Shown: positions 1 to 15,600 of the stretch, in pieces | Layout of the letters: each line of letters starts with the position of its first letter | How positions within the stretch are numbered: position 1 is the first letter of the stretch | Assembly (NCBI RefSeq): GCF_009914755.1 | Contig: NC_060938.1 | Strand: one strand, 5' to 3' | Origin: the human T2T-CHM13v2.0 reference genome, Homo sapiens | Length of the DNA: 64,000 nt | Position numbers and translations under genes: made by a program | The notes under the pieces: model-generated | What the model was told of the DNA's origin: nothing | The model's database searches: none | Seen by the model: only the letters and a program-made list of their open reading frames with translations

Positions 1-66
1 GTTGGCCAGGCTGGTCTCAAACACCTGACCTCAAATGATCTGCCCACCTTAGCCTCCCAAATTGCT
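1..66 (-). mobile_element. Alu left-arm fragment (runs off the window start)
   Basis: GTTGGCCAGGCTGGTCTCAAACACCTGACCTCAAATGATCTGCCCACCTTAGCCTCCCAAA is the antisense Alu left arm, including the B-box region; similarity stops after CCTCCCAAATTGCT. Confidence 0.9.
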
Positions 67-2151
67 TGTGATGATTTTCATTTAATGGTGTTCTACAAAG
101 TGAGTTTAGGCAATGAAAGCGCACATGTCATCTATAGTTTACCAGAAAGTAGTACCAGTCACCAGCATTGAAGCATACCCCTAACACTGGAAAATTTCTT
201 CAGCAGCCAGAATTAATCTCAGATTTTGAGACTGGAGCAAAGACTAATTTGGTATGTGTTCATTCAGATTAGTAAATCTCCATGGTGTTTGAACTGTATA
301 ATATCAAATCTAAAATAAGTCAAAAGAGTTGAACAATGTCTCATCTCTGAGAAAAAAATGCATTATTTTCAACAGATTTAAGACTGAATTTAAAATCCAA
401 CTGCCTATTCTAGTGTATGTTTCTCTAGAATAAGGCCAAGCCCTACAAATTCTGGATAGTGTCCTCCAAGTTGTGTTTCAGTGATAATTGATAAATCTAT
501 GGTTTAGATACATATGGAATTCCATATAATTCTAGCTCCAGCCTTTGTGTGTAAAAATTGGCAGTGATCATGGCCTTAATGGAGGCATGTGGTTAATTGG
601 AATTTTCGGTACCAAAAGTCGTCTTCTTAGTAGTTTATCAGGGTACCCTATAATAGTATCCATAACTCATTGCCCACTTGTCTGTTTTGATTTCTTTTTT
701 AAAAAGACAATTTTAAACTTAGAGGATTTGTACCTCAAGTCACATATGTGGCACATTTATAAAATAATCATGCCTTTGCATATTTTTCCCTTGATATCTT
801 AGCTATATATCCAAGCCATTTATGTTTTTTAATTGCCACAAATATTGCACTGAAATAGAGCACTAGTTGCAAAAATGCCTGGTATAACATTTCTTCTTGT
901 TCTTGAAAGTTATTTTAATACCCCATGTTTAAGATATTCCTAGACAACTATATGTAACTATAATTATTTCTGCTAGGTAGAAACATCTTTGTGGTCAACA
1001 TTTGTGAAGCGCCTTGTAAATAAAAATATGCTTGAGTAGAAATAGTATTTTGTAAATATATCCCTAAATAGAGCTACTGATTTTACCAAGAATTAAAGAC
1101 TCCAAACTCTGTCTTTGTCTTTCAAATTAAGTTTATAGGATCATCTCATTACAATGAGCCAAAAGCCTATCTGATCATTAATGAGATAATTTTGACACTT
1201 CCAAATGACACAGCTAATTTGTACTAGGTTTTTGAAGTGCAAATTACATGTTTCTGTTTAAATAATGACAGTAAAATATGGACACTATCTAGTCACAGTC
1301 TATATACACAACTACAACATGTCTCTAGAAGAAAAGTTTAATTTTTCAGGTCTCATTCACAAAATGAAGTGTTAATAAGCTGTATCTTTATTCTCACTTT
1401 TAAGTAATTTCTTCTTAACCATCGTATAACACTACCAAAGTTTGTATGGAGATAAAATAAATCATGGTGAGAAATCCAGTTCTTTAAAAAATCATTTTAC
1501 CTTCAATCACTTTTAGGATGTCTATGGTTTCAGAGTAAGGACAAAAATTTATAAACATTGTTAAATTATGCAACTGTTTTTGAAGATGCTTCAAAATTAC
1601 ATTTTCCTTATTTTACAACTAGTTTTCATGTATTCACAAATGAGACACATGAGAATTATTAATGCAAAAGCAAAGCATATCAACAAAGTTTATAATGTAA
1701 ATGGTTTAGTTAGGAAAGAATGTAATGAGTGAATTATCAAAGCTATTTTATTGGTTCCTAGATTTACCATAGAAGAAAATAAAGCAGCCTTATAAAAATT
1801 TCTCAGCACTGAGTCCATTTAAGGTCTTCTTTGTATGCCGTAAGTTCTACAAAATGTTATTGCTGGTAAAAACAGGGTGCCTATCTAAAATTGTCTTTTT
1901 GAAGGTTCTCTCTTATTCTTCTTCCCTTCCTATGTGTGCACAGAATACTGTCATTGTCTTGATTGGAACACTGTCTCTCTTTCTCAGAGGGTGTACATTT
2001 GTAGAAGGGAGAAAATATTTGTTAATTTTGCTTCCTATAAGATAAGGTCTCAATGGTTGAAGGTCAGTTAACAAACATTTTTTTGTCTTCATACTATTAT
2101 CTTGGAATTACCAACTGGCTTCTATTTAGATTTTGAATAATGAAAGAAAAG

Positions 2152-2375
2152 AACTAGCATTTGTTAGAACTTACTGTGTTCCAGAAACTTTATTGATACC
2201 ATTTCTTCTCATTATCACATTCGTTCTTTCAATTAGTATTATTTTTTTTTCATCTTAATAAGGTGGGACCAGAGGTTTTGTAATATCTACTAACCCACTG
2301 TGGACTTCATGGCTTGCAAGAGGAAGAAAGCATGGTGGAACTCAGGTTTCTCTGATTCCAAATTCACGTCCTTTC
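2152..2375 (-). mobile_element. MIR SINE, old and diverged
   Basis: Resembles the antisense MIR core (AGCATTTGTTAGAACTTACTGTGTTCCAG ... GAACTCAGGTTTCTCTGATTCCAAA); boundaries approximate. Confidence 0.6.
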
Positions 2376-3227
2376 ATGTCTCCATGAAAATTAGAAAAGA
2401 TAAGTTGGGCTCTATTCTAACAAGAGAAACACAATTTTCCGTCATTTAAATGAATAATTCTTAAACCTCAAAAATAAAACGTAGCAAAACCTCAATTCAA
2501 GAGTAGACATAAAGGTTGTGGCATGGGTAGAAGGGACTTATGTCTAGTGACATAGATTTGCTATGCATATCTGACCAAAAATCTCCCTCATGATTTTCAA
2601 ATAAGATGTATAACTGCATTTAATTAGTGTCACGAATCATTAATATCAGTCTCTGAAAACAGGATCATTAAAAATGATTAAGATTTTCAACAACAAAGAT
2701 TTTATCTAAATAGTAAGGAAATTATATTAGATGGCTCCATTCCCTGAGCAGTCTAGTTAATAATTCAACTTGTTCAAAGCTATAAAATATGGCAACTTAA
2801 AAAATTATGAAAGTTTTTCTAACTTTTTGCTTAAGGTAGTTGGCCATTCTTCCTCTTGGGAATAAGAAGGGCAGATTTTCTGTCGAAGCATTTTGCTATT
2901 GTTATTTCAATTTCCATTTATGGAAAATAGATAAAATAGTAATTTTTGTTATAAATTTAAAGTCTAAATGGAAATAATTAAGTATCTCCATTAATTAAGT
3001 AAAGATTAATTTTTCAAAAAATAGCATTTACTAAATTCTAATCAATCGATTGACTATTTTTATCCCTGGCTCAATGTAACTCTCTTTGACATACTCTTGT
3101 CTTAATTCTAGTTTATGTCAACAATGTGTAATCATAGATGACTCTTTGCCATTTTGATCTCTCAGTTCTATAAACACCTTTGATCTAACGATAATGTTTT
3201 CCAACAGAATTATTTCTACTCAAAATT

Positions 3228-3892
3228 CTGAGATGAAATTTGTGGATTTAGTCTCACCCCAATCAATTTTTCAACTCTCAGGACACCAGATGGTGTCCTA
3301 CAATTCAATTCAATCCTGAGACTATCTATCTGGAGATAGCATCAGGTCCCACAAGTTCAGGGTTCAGGCCCACAGGACTGCCCCCCCACCATTAGAGAGG
3401 AGTTGTGGGCCTCCCATACTCCTGACCAACTGGCTATAAATTAGGACTTCCATGGATTCCTTCCCCAGGTTCTATAATTTGCTAACATGGCGCACAGAAC
3501 CCAAGAAAGCACTTTGCTTACAGTTACTGTCTGATACAAATCAGGAACTCTCAAATAGAAGAGACACATAGGGCCAGGTATGGTGAAAAGGGGCACAAAG
3601 CTGCCATATGACCTCTAAGTATATCATAGTATCACCCTCCCAGCACCTCAGAGGTGAGGGAGGAGAGGGCTGACAGTTTCAACCATCTAGTTATGCCTTC
3701 ATGTTTCTGGTGTCGAGCACCCACCCTGAAGCTATACAGGTCTCCAGCCACCACTCATGTCATGTCAATAGCATAAACTCAGGTATGGCTAAGAGGGACT
3801 TATGACTAGTAAAGGATGGTCTTCTCATCTCTATCAGGAAATTTCAAGTTTTATGAGCTCTGTTCTGTGAACCGGGGAGGAAGACCAAATAG
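3228..3892. mobile_element. MER21-family LTR
   Basis: GGACACCAGATGGTGTCCTACAATTCAATTCAATCCTGAGACTATCTATCTGGAGATAGCATCAGGTCCCACA ... GCTATAAATT ... ATAATTTGCTA ... CACAGAAC ... GAAGACCAAATA follows the recalled MER21 consensus in order. Confidence 0.75.
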
Positions 3893-3906
3893 GACATACA
3901 CTAGAC

Positions 3907-4094
3907 CAGTTGTGCTAACTACTGTGTGCCTCAAAATTGCCTACAGTTGTGTTACAATAAGAGATTGCTGAGACCTGCTATTGGAATTTCAGAATTGGTA
4001 TATCTGGGGGTGTAATCTGAGAATATGCAGTTCTAGTAAGTTCCCAGGTGATGCTGTTGCTGCTAGCACAGGGACCACACTTCCAGAGGGACTG
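3907..4094. mobile_element. MER5A-like hAT-Charlie MITE
   Basis: GAGATTGCTG ... GAGAATATGCAGTTCTAGTAAGTTCCCAGGTGATGCTGTTGCTGCT ... GGGACCACACTT ... ACTG; ~190 bp with CAGT...ACTG ends, matching MER5A length and core. Confidence 0.75.
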
Positions 4095-4139
4095 AGTGAA
4101 GCATCGTCGTTACTTATAATAGCAACTTCTCTGTAGTCA

Positions 4140-4735
4140 CAATTTCATTCATCCCATTCTCTGAGCTCCTCCTTTAATCATTCCCTTTCATACGCTGAAA
4201 TAAAATTTTTCAATCTCTCTGAGACCTCCAAACTATTATTTTGTCATATTCATAATGACCCTTACCTACTGATGTACTCTATTTCCTGTTCTCCTGCCTA
4301 AATTCCATGGCCAACCATTCCCAGGAAACTTCAACTTCCTTGTTTCTCTTTCACTTTGCTGAACCTAACCAGGAAAATAACCCTGCTTAGATCCAAATTT
4401 CCACCAAATCCCCACATATATTTTAGCAACTAGCTATATGGATCAAATTGAAAAATATCCCACTTGAAACTGAGAATCTGAGTGCCGCCTATCAATCAAT
4501 CATACTACATATGTTCCAATCTATTCACTCTCTAATTTACCTAGTTTTGTATCTTATCCTGTCTCTAATCCCTAACACTTCCCCAGAAATCCTCAATGTC
4601 TTTTTGGTTGTGCTTCCCTGAGAACATTGAATCACCCAAAAGACAATTTCCACAGACTCCTGAAACCATTTAAACTCACTTTCCCATGTCTACACCCACA
4701 TACTCTCCATTTTCACCTATTATTATCTGTGAAAT
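4140..4735 (+). mobile_element. L2 LINE fragment, highly decayed
   Basis: Pyrimidine-rich tract containing TTCCCTGAGAACATTGAATCACCCAAAAGACAATTTCCAC ... TCTACACCCACATACTCT, resembling L2 ORF2; limits uncertain. Confidence 0.45.
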
Positions 4736-4764
4736 AACTGGCCCCTTTCTGTATATTGTCTGAT

Positions 4765-4860
4765 GATGATTTCTATATTACAGGTGAAGAAAATGAGAAT
4801 AGGGTTAGAGCTACTTTCTCATTATAGCATAGCTTAGAATCAAACCCACGCAGTCCACCA
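4765..4860 (-). mobile_element. MIR fragment
   Basis: ATATTACAGGTGAAGAAAATGAG ... AGAATCAAACCCA resembles the MIR core TTTTACAGATGAGGAAACTGAG. Confidence 0.5.
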
Positions 4861-5666
4861 CTGAAACTGGGATTCCAAGTCAGTGTATTTGGAGAAGGAG
4901 AGCTAGTAGAAAAACAAGGACGAAAATATCCAGGATGAAGTTTCTGATGGAAGAAAAGGACATTTTTACTATTATGAACTCCGTGAAGTAAACCCTAAGC
5001 ATTCTCATCTAGACATATATCCATTCATCCACTCCAGTGAGCTGATTAAGTTTTAGGATTTTAAGGGTCAGTGAACAATTATTAGTCTTTCAGCAATTAA
5101 AGAAAGATTAATATGAATATTATATTGGAGAAGTTTCATTTAAAACATATTTGATTGATTTTTGGCAATTGTCTTCTATCAGATCATTATCAATCCATAT
5201 GAGTTGGTAGGAAGGGAGAAAACCCAAAACTTAACCAGATGCCTGAAATTAAGGAATATTTTATAACCAACCCAGGGGGAAAAAATGCTCAAAAGGGGAA
5301 ATATGAGGACAGAAAATACATTTCAAAGATTTTAACTTTTTGACAAAATGTCAATTCTGTGCAAGAAAAACTGATTGTGTGAATATAACTTTGTCATTTA
5401 CATCTGCCAATGTGTTCAGAAATATATAATCTATAAGTTTTTTAATAGTAGTTTGTTAACACAAAATTTATTCATCAAAGTATCTAAAACATTCTAAAAA
5501 CACTAAAAATTTTCAATTTAAAGATTAAGCTAAACAGCTCTGTATATATAAGTAAGCTCAAACAAACGTGCATGCTCCCCAACAATAACACTGCTACAGA
5601 TATTGACTGGTGGTTTTGGTTTCATTTCATTTTATAATGACAAATCTGGTTAAGACCCAGATTCCG

Positions 5667-7800
<2,134 letters not shown>

Positions 7801-9577
7801 AATAAGGTTCTCAAAGAGGTCAATATGTATATAATCTATTCTTAAAAAAAAATTCTCCAATTGTTTATTGAAATATCACACAGGCTCTGACTTTGTTTAT
7901 ACCCTTAAGAAGTACGTAGATTCATGTGTAGCTTTTGTAAAGTGAAAGCTCAGACTGTCTACTCTGTTCTGGTACCACTTTAGTTTAATTGTTGGAAAAT
8001 ACTTAATAAAAATGAATTACTCAACAAATGGAAAATTTGAACTTTGCATACTAAATTTTTACTTCATATTATCAACTCTTGAAAAATAAGTGTGTCTATT
8101 AGAAATGACACTCATTTGACTATACCATAATATATTTCAGACTTTTTATCTTCAGCTACAGAATTTCTCCGTCCTTTGAATTATGTTAGCGGGCATTATT
8201 TGGCCAGTATTGGTGATCCACCTCCACTAATTGGCAACTCTATTATCTTACCCCCAGGGATGCATTTCCATAGTTCTGCCTTGTTATAAGTGTCATTTTT
8301 TTCTTTTGTTTTGTTGACTGCCGTTCAAGTAGTTTTGGCTTTATCAGAGATTTTCACTTTATTGTTTATCACCTCCTCATTTTTTTAGCTTCTCATAATT
8401 TACTGCATTATATCTGCCTGGGCTTTTGGTTCCTTTACAGATTTGTTTCATTTTATTTTTAGCTTATGATACTTCTAAAGTCTGTACCCTTTTAATTTTC
8501 ACTTGCTTCATCGTCACATTCTTGTGTTTTGTTTTTATTTCAAAATACCAGAAAGTAGGATGTCTCAGCATATTGGTGAGTGGAATAGTTTATTTATAAT
8601 GCAAAAAAACCCCATACATTTTGAGAGCTATCTGCTTCTGAGTAAAAATTTTATATATAAATTCTTGAAAAAAACTCTTAAACTTCTGAGGGATTGAATG
8701 AGATTTTAAAAATCATTCTATACAACAACAGGTGCAAAATTTGTATTCCTCTACTCAAGAGAAATAATGAACATTTGTTATTAGTTTACTAACATCTAAA
8801 TATTAATGTATTCAATTATACATTATTAAAACACAATTAAGCTTAAGAGGTGGAAAAGTATAAAACAAACAAGTGTATAATTTACCTTTATTCATATGAA
8901 ACATCTTTTTCTCTCCTGAAAATAAAGATTAACCAGTGGTGTGTGGAGGCGGGAAGGGGTGTGTTGGAGGGAGAAAAGCCTTGATTTGCCAATTTCAGCA
9001 CAAAACTGAAAATGGTTATTAATCTTTACTAGCTCCAGATATCTTTTAACATATATTGAAATCTATGACCCTTAAAAAGAAAACATATATATAGATTTTG
9101 ACAAAACTTTGCAGTTCCACTCATGGATCCCTGTGTAAGAATCGCTTTTCTATGTGTGTTTGCAATTTAAAGAGTTCAGACTTTATGATTCACAGGTGAC
9201 AACTAATGATTTAATCTCAACACTTAGGCTTTTATAATATGGGAGTCAGGTGTTTAACTGCTGTAGTAGTAACTACTTCTTCTCAGAGAAACTTAGGAGC
9301 TAAGACCAGGGAAATGTCCCTTGGTGTGCAACACACCTCTTCTTTCTGAACGTACAGTATAAGAAGCTAACTTTGTCTCAAAGTTTATATGACTTTTGCA
9401 TTTGCAGTTACTAGCTATTTTCTTTTGGAACTGTAGGACTTGGAGACCTTTCCCTCTACCCTCTGAAGGTATGATAACTGAGTCTATTGAATAAATGGAT
9501 AACAGGCATGTCAAAAGAAGAAAATGTGTACACATTTATTACACGCATGGGGGAATCACAGGAAAGAAAAGTGGAAT

Positions 9578-9609
9578 CAAAAACAAAACAAAACAAAACA
9601 AACAAAACA
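9578..9609 (+). repeat. (CAAAA)n microsatellite inside the LTR
   Basis: CAAAAACAAAACAAAACAAAACAAACAAAACA seen directly. Confidence 0.85.
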
Positions 9610-9845
9610 CCACCAAGAAAAAACCCCAGTGAGATTTAGGAGCTTATAAGGAAGGCAGGAGGAAGAATGTAGGAAACTTAGGGGAGAGCAAATGTTTTTT
9701 GGGAAAGATGACCAGACCCCTAGGAGAATAGATGATAGTTTGTGGCAGTCTGTCTTGGTGTGGAATGGACTCTTAGTCTTGTCTCCTGTGATATGAGGAG
9801 TTAATTTTCCCTGGCTGATGAAACTCCTAGGAAGGAGATGAATGT

Positions 9846-9993
9846 CTTTGTGCTGACAAGACAGTATCTTGAAGCTTTGTTTTCCCATTCAGTTCTAAAT
9901 CTGCAGTGTATAAAAATCTCCTCATCATACTTTGGATGTTATGGTAGATAAATGGTATCTTTACAAAGATACATTCATTCTGGTATTGAAAGT
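9846..9993 (+). repeat. 148-bp direct repeat, copy 1 (inside the LTR)
   Basis: Ungapped match to 10591-10738; 13 mismatches in 148 by manual count (~91% identity). Confidence 0.93.
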
Positions 9994-10590
9994 TCCTTTT
10001 GGAGGATCTCACTTGAGGAACGTAAAGGGAGTGCAGAGAAAGCGTGTCCCACAGTTGTTATTTTTCACATATTTTCAGTTTGATGTAATCAGTACACCAA
10101 AGCAATCCATTTAGGACTGGCATTTCCTGAGCACCTTCAGAACTCTTTTTATCCCATGTTATTTCTATGAAATCACGTGATTTAAGAACAACTTTTACTT
10201 GCCACTTACATATATATTGAAAAGGCAAACTTTCCTTTCATAATTTGCTAATTTTGGCAAAGTACTTTAACAAAAGTTAAATTAAGTGAGTAAGTGAAAT
10301 TTTCTGTTCTATTGTTTTGTAAACAATTCTAGAAACAGTCCTTGTAAGAACAGCAAAAAGAGAAAAAGATAATTCTCAACTGCAGCTTCAACCATTCTTT
10401 GTGTAACAATGTATCTAATTAAAAGGCAAAACTCTCTATTTCAGGTTTATATATATCAATTGCTTGATTAGAAAGTAAATTATTTACCCCATATAATCTG
10501 GTGTCAAAAAACTTATAATAAAATTACTTTGATTTTATTGCTTATAAGTTTGTGAATTTAAATGTCAACTGACAGTGATGAATTTATTTG

Positions 10591-10738
10591 CTTTGTGCTG
10601 ACAAGACAGTATGTTGAAGTTTTGTTTTCCAACTTAGTTCTAAATCTGCAGTGTATCAAAATCTCCTCATTGTGCTTTGGATGTTATGGTACATAAATGG
10701 TATCTTCACAAAGATATATTCATTCTGGTACTGAAAGT
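10591..10738 (+). repeat. 148-bp direct repeat, copy 2 (unique flank)
   Basis: CTTTGTGCTGACAAGACAGT...CATTCTGGTACTGAAAGT, 745 bp downstream of copy 1. Confidence 0.93.
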
Positions 10739-12077
10739 GCATACTTAAAATTCTTCATGAACAGTTTTATTGAAAAAATATGTAGACAAGCCATTAATTA
10801 TACACAGTGATCTGGAAAAAATTCTTACAAGAAGCATAGCATGTCTTCCATTAACTGTATACAATTTATAAAAAGTTACTGAAAGTCTCCCTGAGGTTAA
10901 ACAATAAATATTTTAAATTTAACCACTGTGCTCCCTCAAAGGTAATTTTTTCTTTATGACACTCACTTAGGGGATACAGTCAGATCTCAGCCTACTTTAA
11001 ACAACTAGGCAGTATTTTAGCGCACTTTTCTGTTTGTTAAAAAGCTAGCTGTCAAGAATAAGTTGCTCAATTATCTTCCTCAATTACTTTTTATTTTGTT
11101 TTGTAATTATTATTCTATTTTGGTTTTCCTTTAGAATTGTGGACTATCTTGAATCAGAAATTGCAGAGAATATATCAATAAGTAAGAATGCACTCTTCAA
11201 TCAAACTAGATCTCAAAAGTGTTTTGTTGTAGTTTATACCTTGAACTCGAAGGCCATTCTATAGAAGGCACTTGAATAATTTTCAAGCTCTTATATTTCA
11301 TAATAGTACAGAATTTATTGTTGTTTTATTTGCAAGGAGATAGACCAGATAAAATATCACTTTATTTTTTACAGTGTTGACTTTGATATTCTAAACTTGT
11401 CAGTTTATACAGATTAATGAAGACTCCGTACATGTAAAATTCACTATAATTTTTTTCTGGTATGACAGTCCAAACAAATAGTAACTACATACCCAAACAG
11501 GTAAAGTAAAAATATACAATAGCTTGACAAAAAAAAAGAAGAAAAAAGAAACCCCTATACATTCCTTAACATTCTAAAACTCTGAGGACCAAATTGAATT
11601 CAAAAGAAACATTTCTGGTGGGCAGGGAAAGGGCTAAAAAGCTAAAGTATATAATAAGTAAATTCCTCATTGCTATAAAATATATGACCAGCATGACATT
11701 TCAATGCATGTTTAAGTTTTCTGAAAAAAGTTCTAGGATAATAGGATTTCAACTTTTGATTCTACAGATATCATTCTTGTGATTGGTATGGTAGGATCAT
11801 CCTCTTTATGTATTAGTGGATTCAAATGAAAAAATCAGGCAGCTAGTTCCTTTCCAAGAAGCCTTAGAGATTGTTGTACATAAAAATATGAGCCATATTT
11901 CTGATTCAAATTTTAATTAGAGAATTCTCTTTATTCCCTCTTCTGCATAAAATTATGCACTTGCACTCTGCTCTTCAGACAAGTAAAACTTCTTACCTGC
12001 TATAATTTGAGATAATCAAGACTCAGAACATATTACCTCCTAGCTGAAAGTCCCAACAAACTTCTCAGGACAAAAAC

Positions 12078-12329
12078 AACAAAAAGTTAAATACACAGAG
12101 ATAGAGTATAAAACAGTGGTTACCAGGGGCTGGGGGTGAGAAGAGAAAATGGAGATAGAGAATTCGAAGGATGCAAAGTTGCAGATATGTAGAATTAACA
12201 AATTGAGGTATCCAATGTACAACATGAGGACTGTAGGTATTAATATTTTTTGTATATGGCATTTAACTAAAAGGGTAGTTTGTAGGTACTCTTTCCTCAC
12301 ACACATATCCAAAAGAAAGGTAACTGAGA
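12078..12329 (+). mobile_element. Old L1M (L1MA/MB-type) 3'UTR fragment
   Basis: AAAAAGTTAAATACACAGAGATAGAG...GTGGTTACCAGGGGCTGGGG...AATGTACAACATGAGGACT...AAAAGGGTAG...GGTAACT resembles L1M 3' ends. Confidence 0.75.
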
Positions 12330-12673
12330 TTTTCAAAGGGAATGCTTCCAGGTTTTGCCCATTCAGTATGATATAGGCTGTGGGTTTGTCATAAATAGCT
12401 CTTAATATTTCGAGATACGTCCCATCAATATCTAATTAATTGAGAGTTTTTAGCATGAAGATTGTTGAATTTTGTCAAAGGGCATTGCTGCATCTATTGA
12501 GATAATCGTGGTTTTTGATGTTGGTTCTGTTTATATGATGGATTACGTTTATTGATTTGCATATGTTGTACCAGCCTTGCATCCCAGGGATGCAGCCCAT
12601 TTGATCATGGTGGATAAGCTTTTTTATTTGCTGCTGGATTCGGTTTGCTAGTATTTTATTGAGGATTTTTGCA
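12330..12673 (-). mobile_element. L1PA ORF2 reverse-transcriptase fragment, truncated at both ends
   Basis: Minus-strand translation [50 protein letters not shown] is the N-terminal part of the L1 RT domain; no poly(A); directly fused to the satellite. Confidence 0.95.
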
Positions 12674-15600
12674 CTCCACTCCACTCCACTCCATTCCATT
12701 CCATTCCATTCCATCTCATTTCATTCCACTCCCTTCCCTTCTACTCCACTCCATTCCACTTTACTCCAGTCCACTACACTCCATTCCATTCCATTCCATT
12801 CCATTCCATTCCAATCCATTCTATTCCATTCTTTTATTTCGTCAGGAACTCACTCTGTCACCCAGGCTGTAGTGAAGTGGCAGAAGCTCAGCCCACATTT
12901 CATTTCACTTTGCCATTCCATTCCATTCCATTCCATTCCATTCCATTCCACTCCACACCACTCCACTCCACTCTACTCCACTCCACTGCATTCCTTTCCA
13001 TTACATCCGATTCCAATCCTCTTTATTCCACTCTACTCCACTACACTCATCTCCACTCCACCCCACTCAAATCCATTCCACTCTAACCCATTCCATTCCT
13101 TTCTTTTGATAGAATCTCACCTATCACCCAGGATGGAGTGCAGTGGCACAATCTCAGCTCACATTTCATTTCACCATTCTATTCCTTTCTATTCCATTCC
13201 ACTCCATTCCATTCTATTCTACTCCACTCCTCTCCACTCCACTCCACTCCATTCCATTCGATTCCAATCCACTCAACTCCACTCCACTACATTCCATCCC
13301 ATCCCATTCCATTCCACTCCATTCCACTCCACTCCACTCCATTCCATTCCACTCCATCCCATCCCATTCCACTACATTACATTCCACTACACTCCACTCC
13401 ACACCACTGAATTCTACTCCATTCCATTCCATATCATTCCATTCTATTCCTTTCTGTCGACAGGATCTCACTCTGTCACCCAGGATGGAGTGCAGTGTCA
13501 TAATCTCAGCTATCATTTCATTTCACGATTCCATTCCATTCCATGGCATTCCATTCCATTCCATCCTTTCCGATTACACTACATTCCACTCCATTCCTCT
13601 CCTCTCCGTTCCATTCCATTTCATTCCATTCCATTCCACTCCATTCCACTCCACTCCATTCCACTCCACTCCATACCATTCCATCGAATTGAATTCCACT
13701 CCACTCCACTCCACACCACTCCTCTCCACTCCATTCCGTTCCACTCCACCCCATTCCATTCCACTCCGTTCCACTAGACTCCACTCAAATCCAGCCCCTT
13801 CCACTCCACTCCACTCCACCCCACTCCATCCCATTCCTTTCCCCTCCATTCAATTCCATTCCTTTCTTTTGACAGGATCTCAATCTGTCACCCAGGCTGG
13901 AGTGGAGTGGCACTATCTCAGCTCACATTCAATTTCACCATTCCATTCCATTGCATTCCATTGCATTCCATTCCATTCCATTCCATACCATTCCATTCCA
14001 TTATAATCCACTCCAATCCACTCCACTCCACTCCTTGCCATTCCCTTCCATCCCATTCCATTCCACTCTACTCCACTGAAATTCACACCATCCCACTCCA
14101 CTACATGCCATTCGATTCCATCCTATTCCATTCCACTCCGTTCCACTTGACTCCACTCCACTCCACTCCAATCCACTCCACTCCATTCAATTCCACCACA
14201 TTCCATTCCATGTCTTTCCTTTGACGGGATCTCTCAGTGTCAAAAAGGCTGGAACACAGTGGCACAATCTCAGCTCACATTTTATTTCACCATTCCATTC
14301 CATTCCACTCCATTCCACTCCACTCCATTTCCCTCAACTCCACTCCACTCCCCTCCATTCCATTCCATTCCATTCCACTCCACTCCACTTCATTCCACTG
14401 CAATCCAGTCAAATCCACTCCATTACAATTCACTCCACTCCACTCCACTCCATTCCATTCCACTCCTTCCCATTCCATTCCACTCCATTATGCTCCATTC
14501 CTCTCCACTCCACTCCAATCCATTCCATACCATTATAATTCACTCTCTTACATTCCATTAATTTCTTTCGACAAGATCTCACTCTGTCACACAGGCTGGA
14601 GTGCAGTGGCACTATCTCAGCTCACATTTAATTTCACAATTCCATTCGATTGCATTCCATTGCATTCCACTCCATTGCATTCCATTCCAATCCATTCAAT
14701 TCCATTCCATCCCATTCCATTGCACTCCTGTGAACTCCCCTCCACTCCACTGCATTCCATTCCATTCCATTCGACTCCACTCCACTCTACTCCAATCCAT
14801 TCCATTCCATCCCATTCCATTGCAATACTGTGAACTCCACTCACCTCCACTCAACTGCATTTCAATCAATCCATTCGATTCGATTCGATTCCATTCCATT
14901 CCATTCCACTCCTTTCCATTCCATTCCTTTCATTCGACAGGATCTCACTCTGTCACCCAGGCTGGAGTGCAGTGGCACAATCTCAGCTCATATTTCATTT
15001 CATCATTCCATTCTATACCATTCCATTCCTATCCATTCCATTCTATTCCATTACACTCCAATCCACTCTACTCCACTCCACTTCATTCCATTGCATTCCA
15101 TTCCATTCCACTTTACTCCACTCCTCTCCACCCCACTCCACTCCACTCCATCCCATTCCATCCAATTCCATTCCATTCCTCTCCTCGTCCCTCCACTCAA
15201 CTCCACTCCCCTCCACTTCATACCATTCGATTCCATCCCATTCCATTCCATTCCACTCCACTCCACTCCACTCCACTCTGCTCCACTCCACTGCACTCCA
15301 TTCCATTCCACTCTACTCCATTCCATTCGACAGGATCTCATTCTGTCACACAGTCTGGAGTGCAGTGGGAGAATCTCAGCTCACATTTCATTTCACTATT
15401 CCATTCCATTCCATTCCCCTACACCCTTCTCCAATGCACTCCACTCCACTCCATTCCACTACATTACATTACACTCCATTTCACTCCATTCCACTCCATT
15501 CCAATACAATCCACAACATTCCATTCCATTCCATTCCATTCCATTCCATTCCATTCCATTCCATTCCATTCCAATCCATTCCATTCCACTCCATTCCATT

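Larger units (their letters stand above)
9432..10139 (-). mobile_element. MER34-family (ERV1) solo LTR with 4-bp TSD
   Basis: Minus strand begins TGAAGGTGCTCAGGAAATGCC..GCTTTGGTGTACTGATTA and ends GAGGGTAGAGGGAAAG..CCTACA (TG...CA termini). Flanked by the direct repeat GAAC at 9428-9431 and 10140-10143. Confidence 0.8.

Noticed and set aside
512-527. 16-bp palindrome ATATGGAATTCCATAT
   Set aside because: Single short AT-rich palindrome with no supporting context; plausibly chance.
568-2005. Possible decayed minus-strand exons (~1768-2000 and 568-647, ...FIFFYG/YPDKLLRRRLLVPKIP...*)
   Set aside because: Phases are compatible and a GT donor exists, but acceptors are weak, three in-frame stops occur and I do not recognise the peptide; tBLASTx would be needed.
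11118-11186. Exon-like segment TTTTCCTTTAG|...|GTAAG (47 nt)
   Set aside because: An isolated splice-like pair is common by chance in AT-rich DNA; no partner exons or recognisable product.
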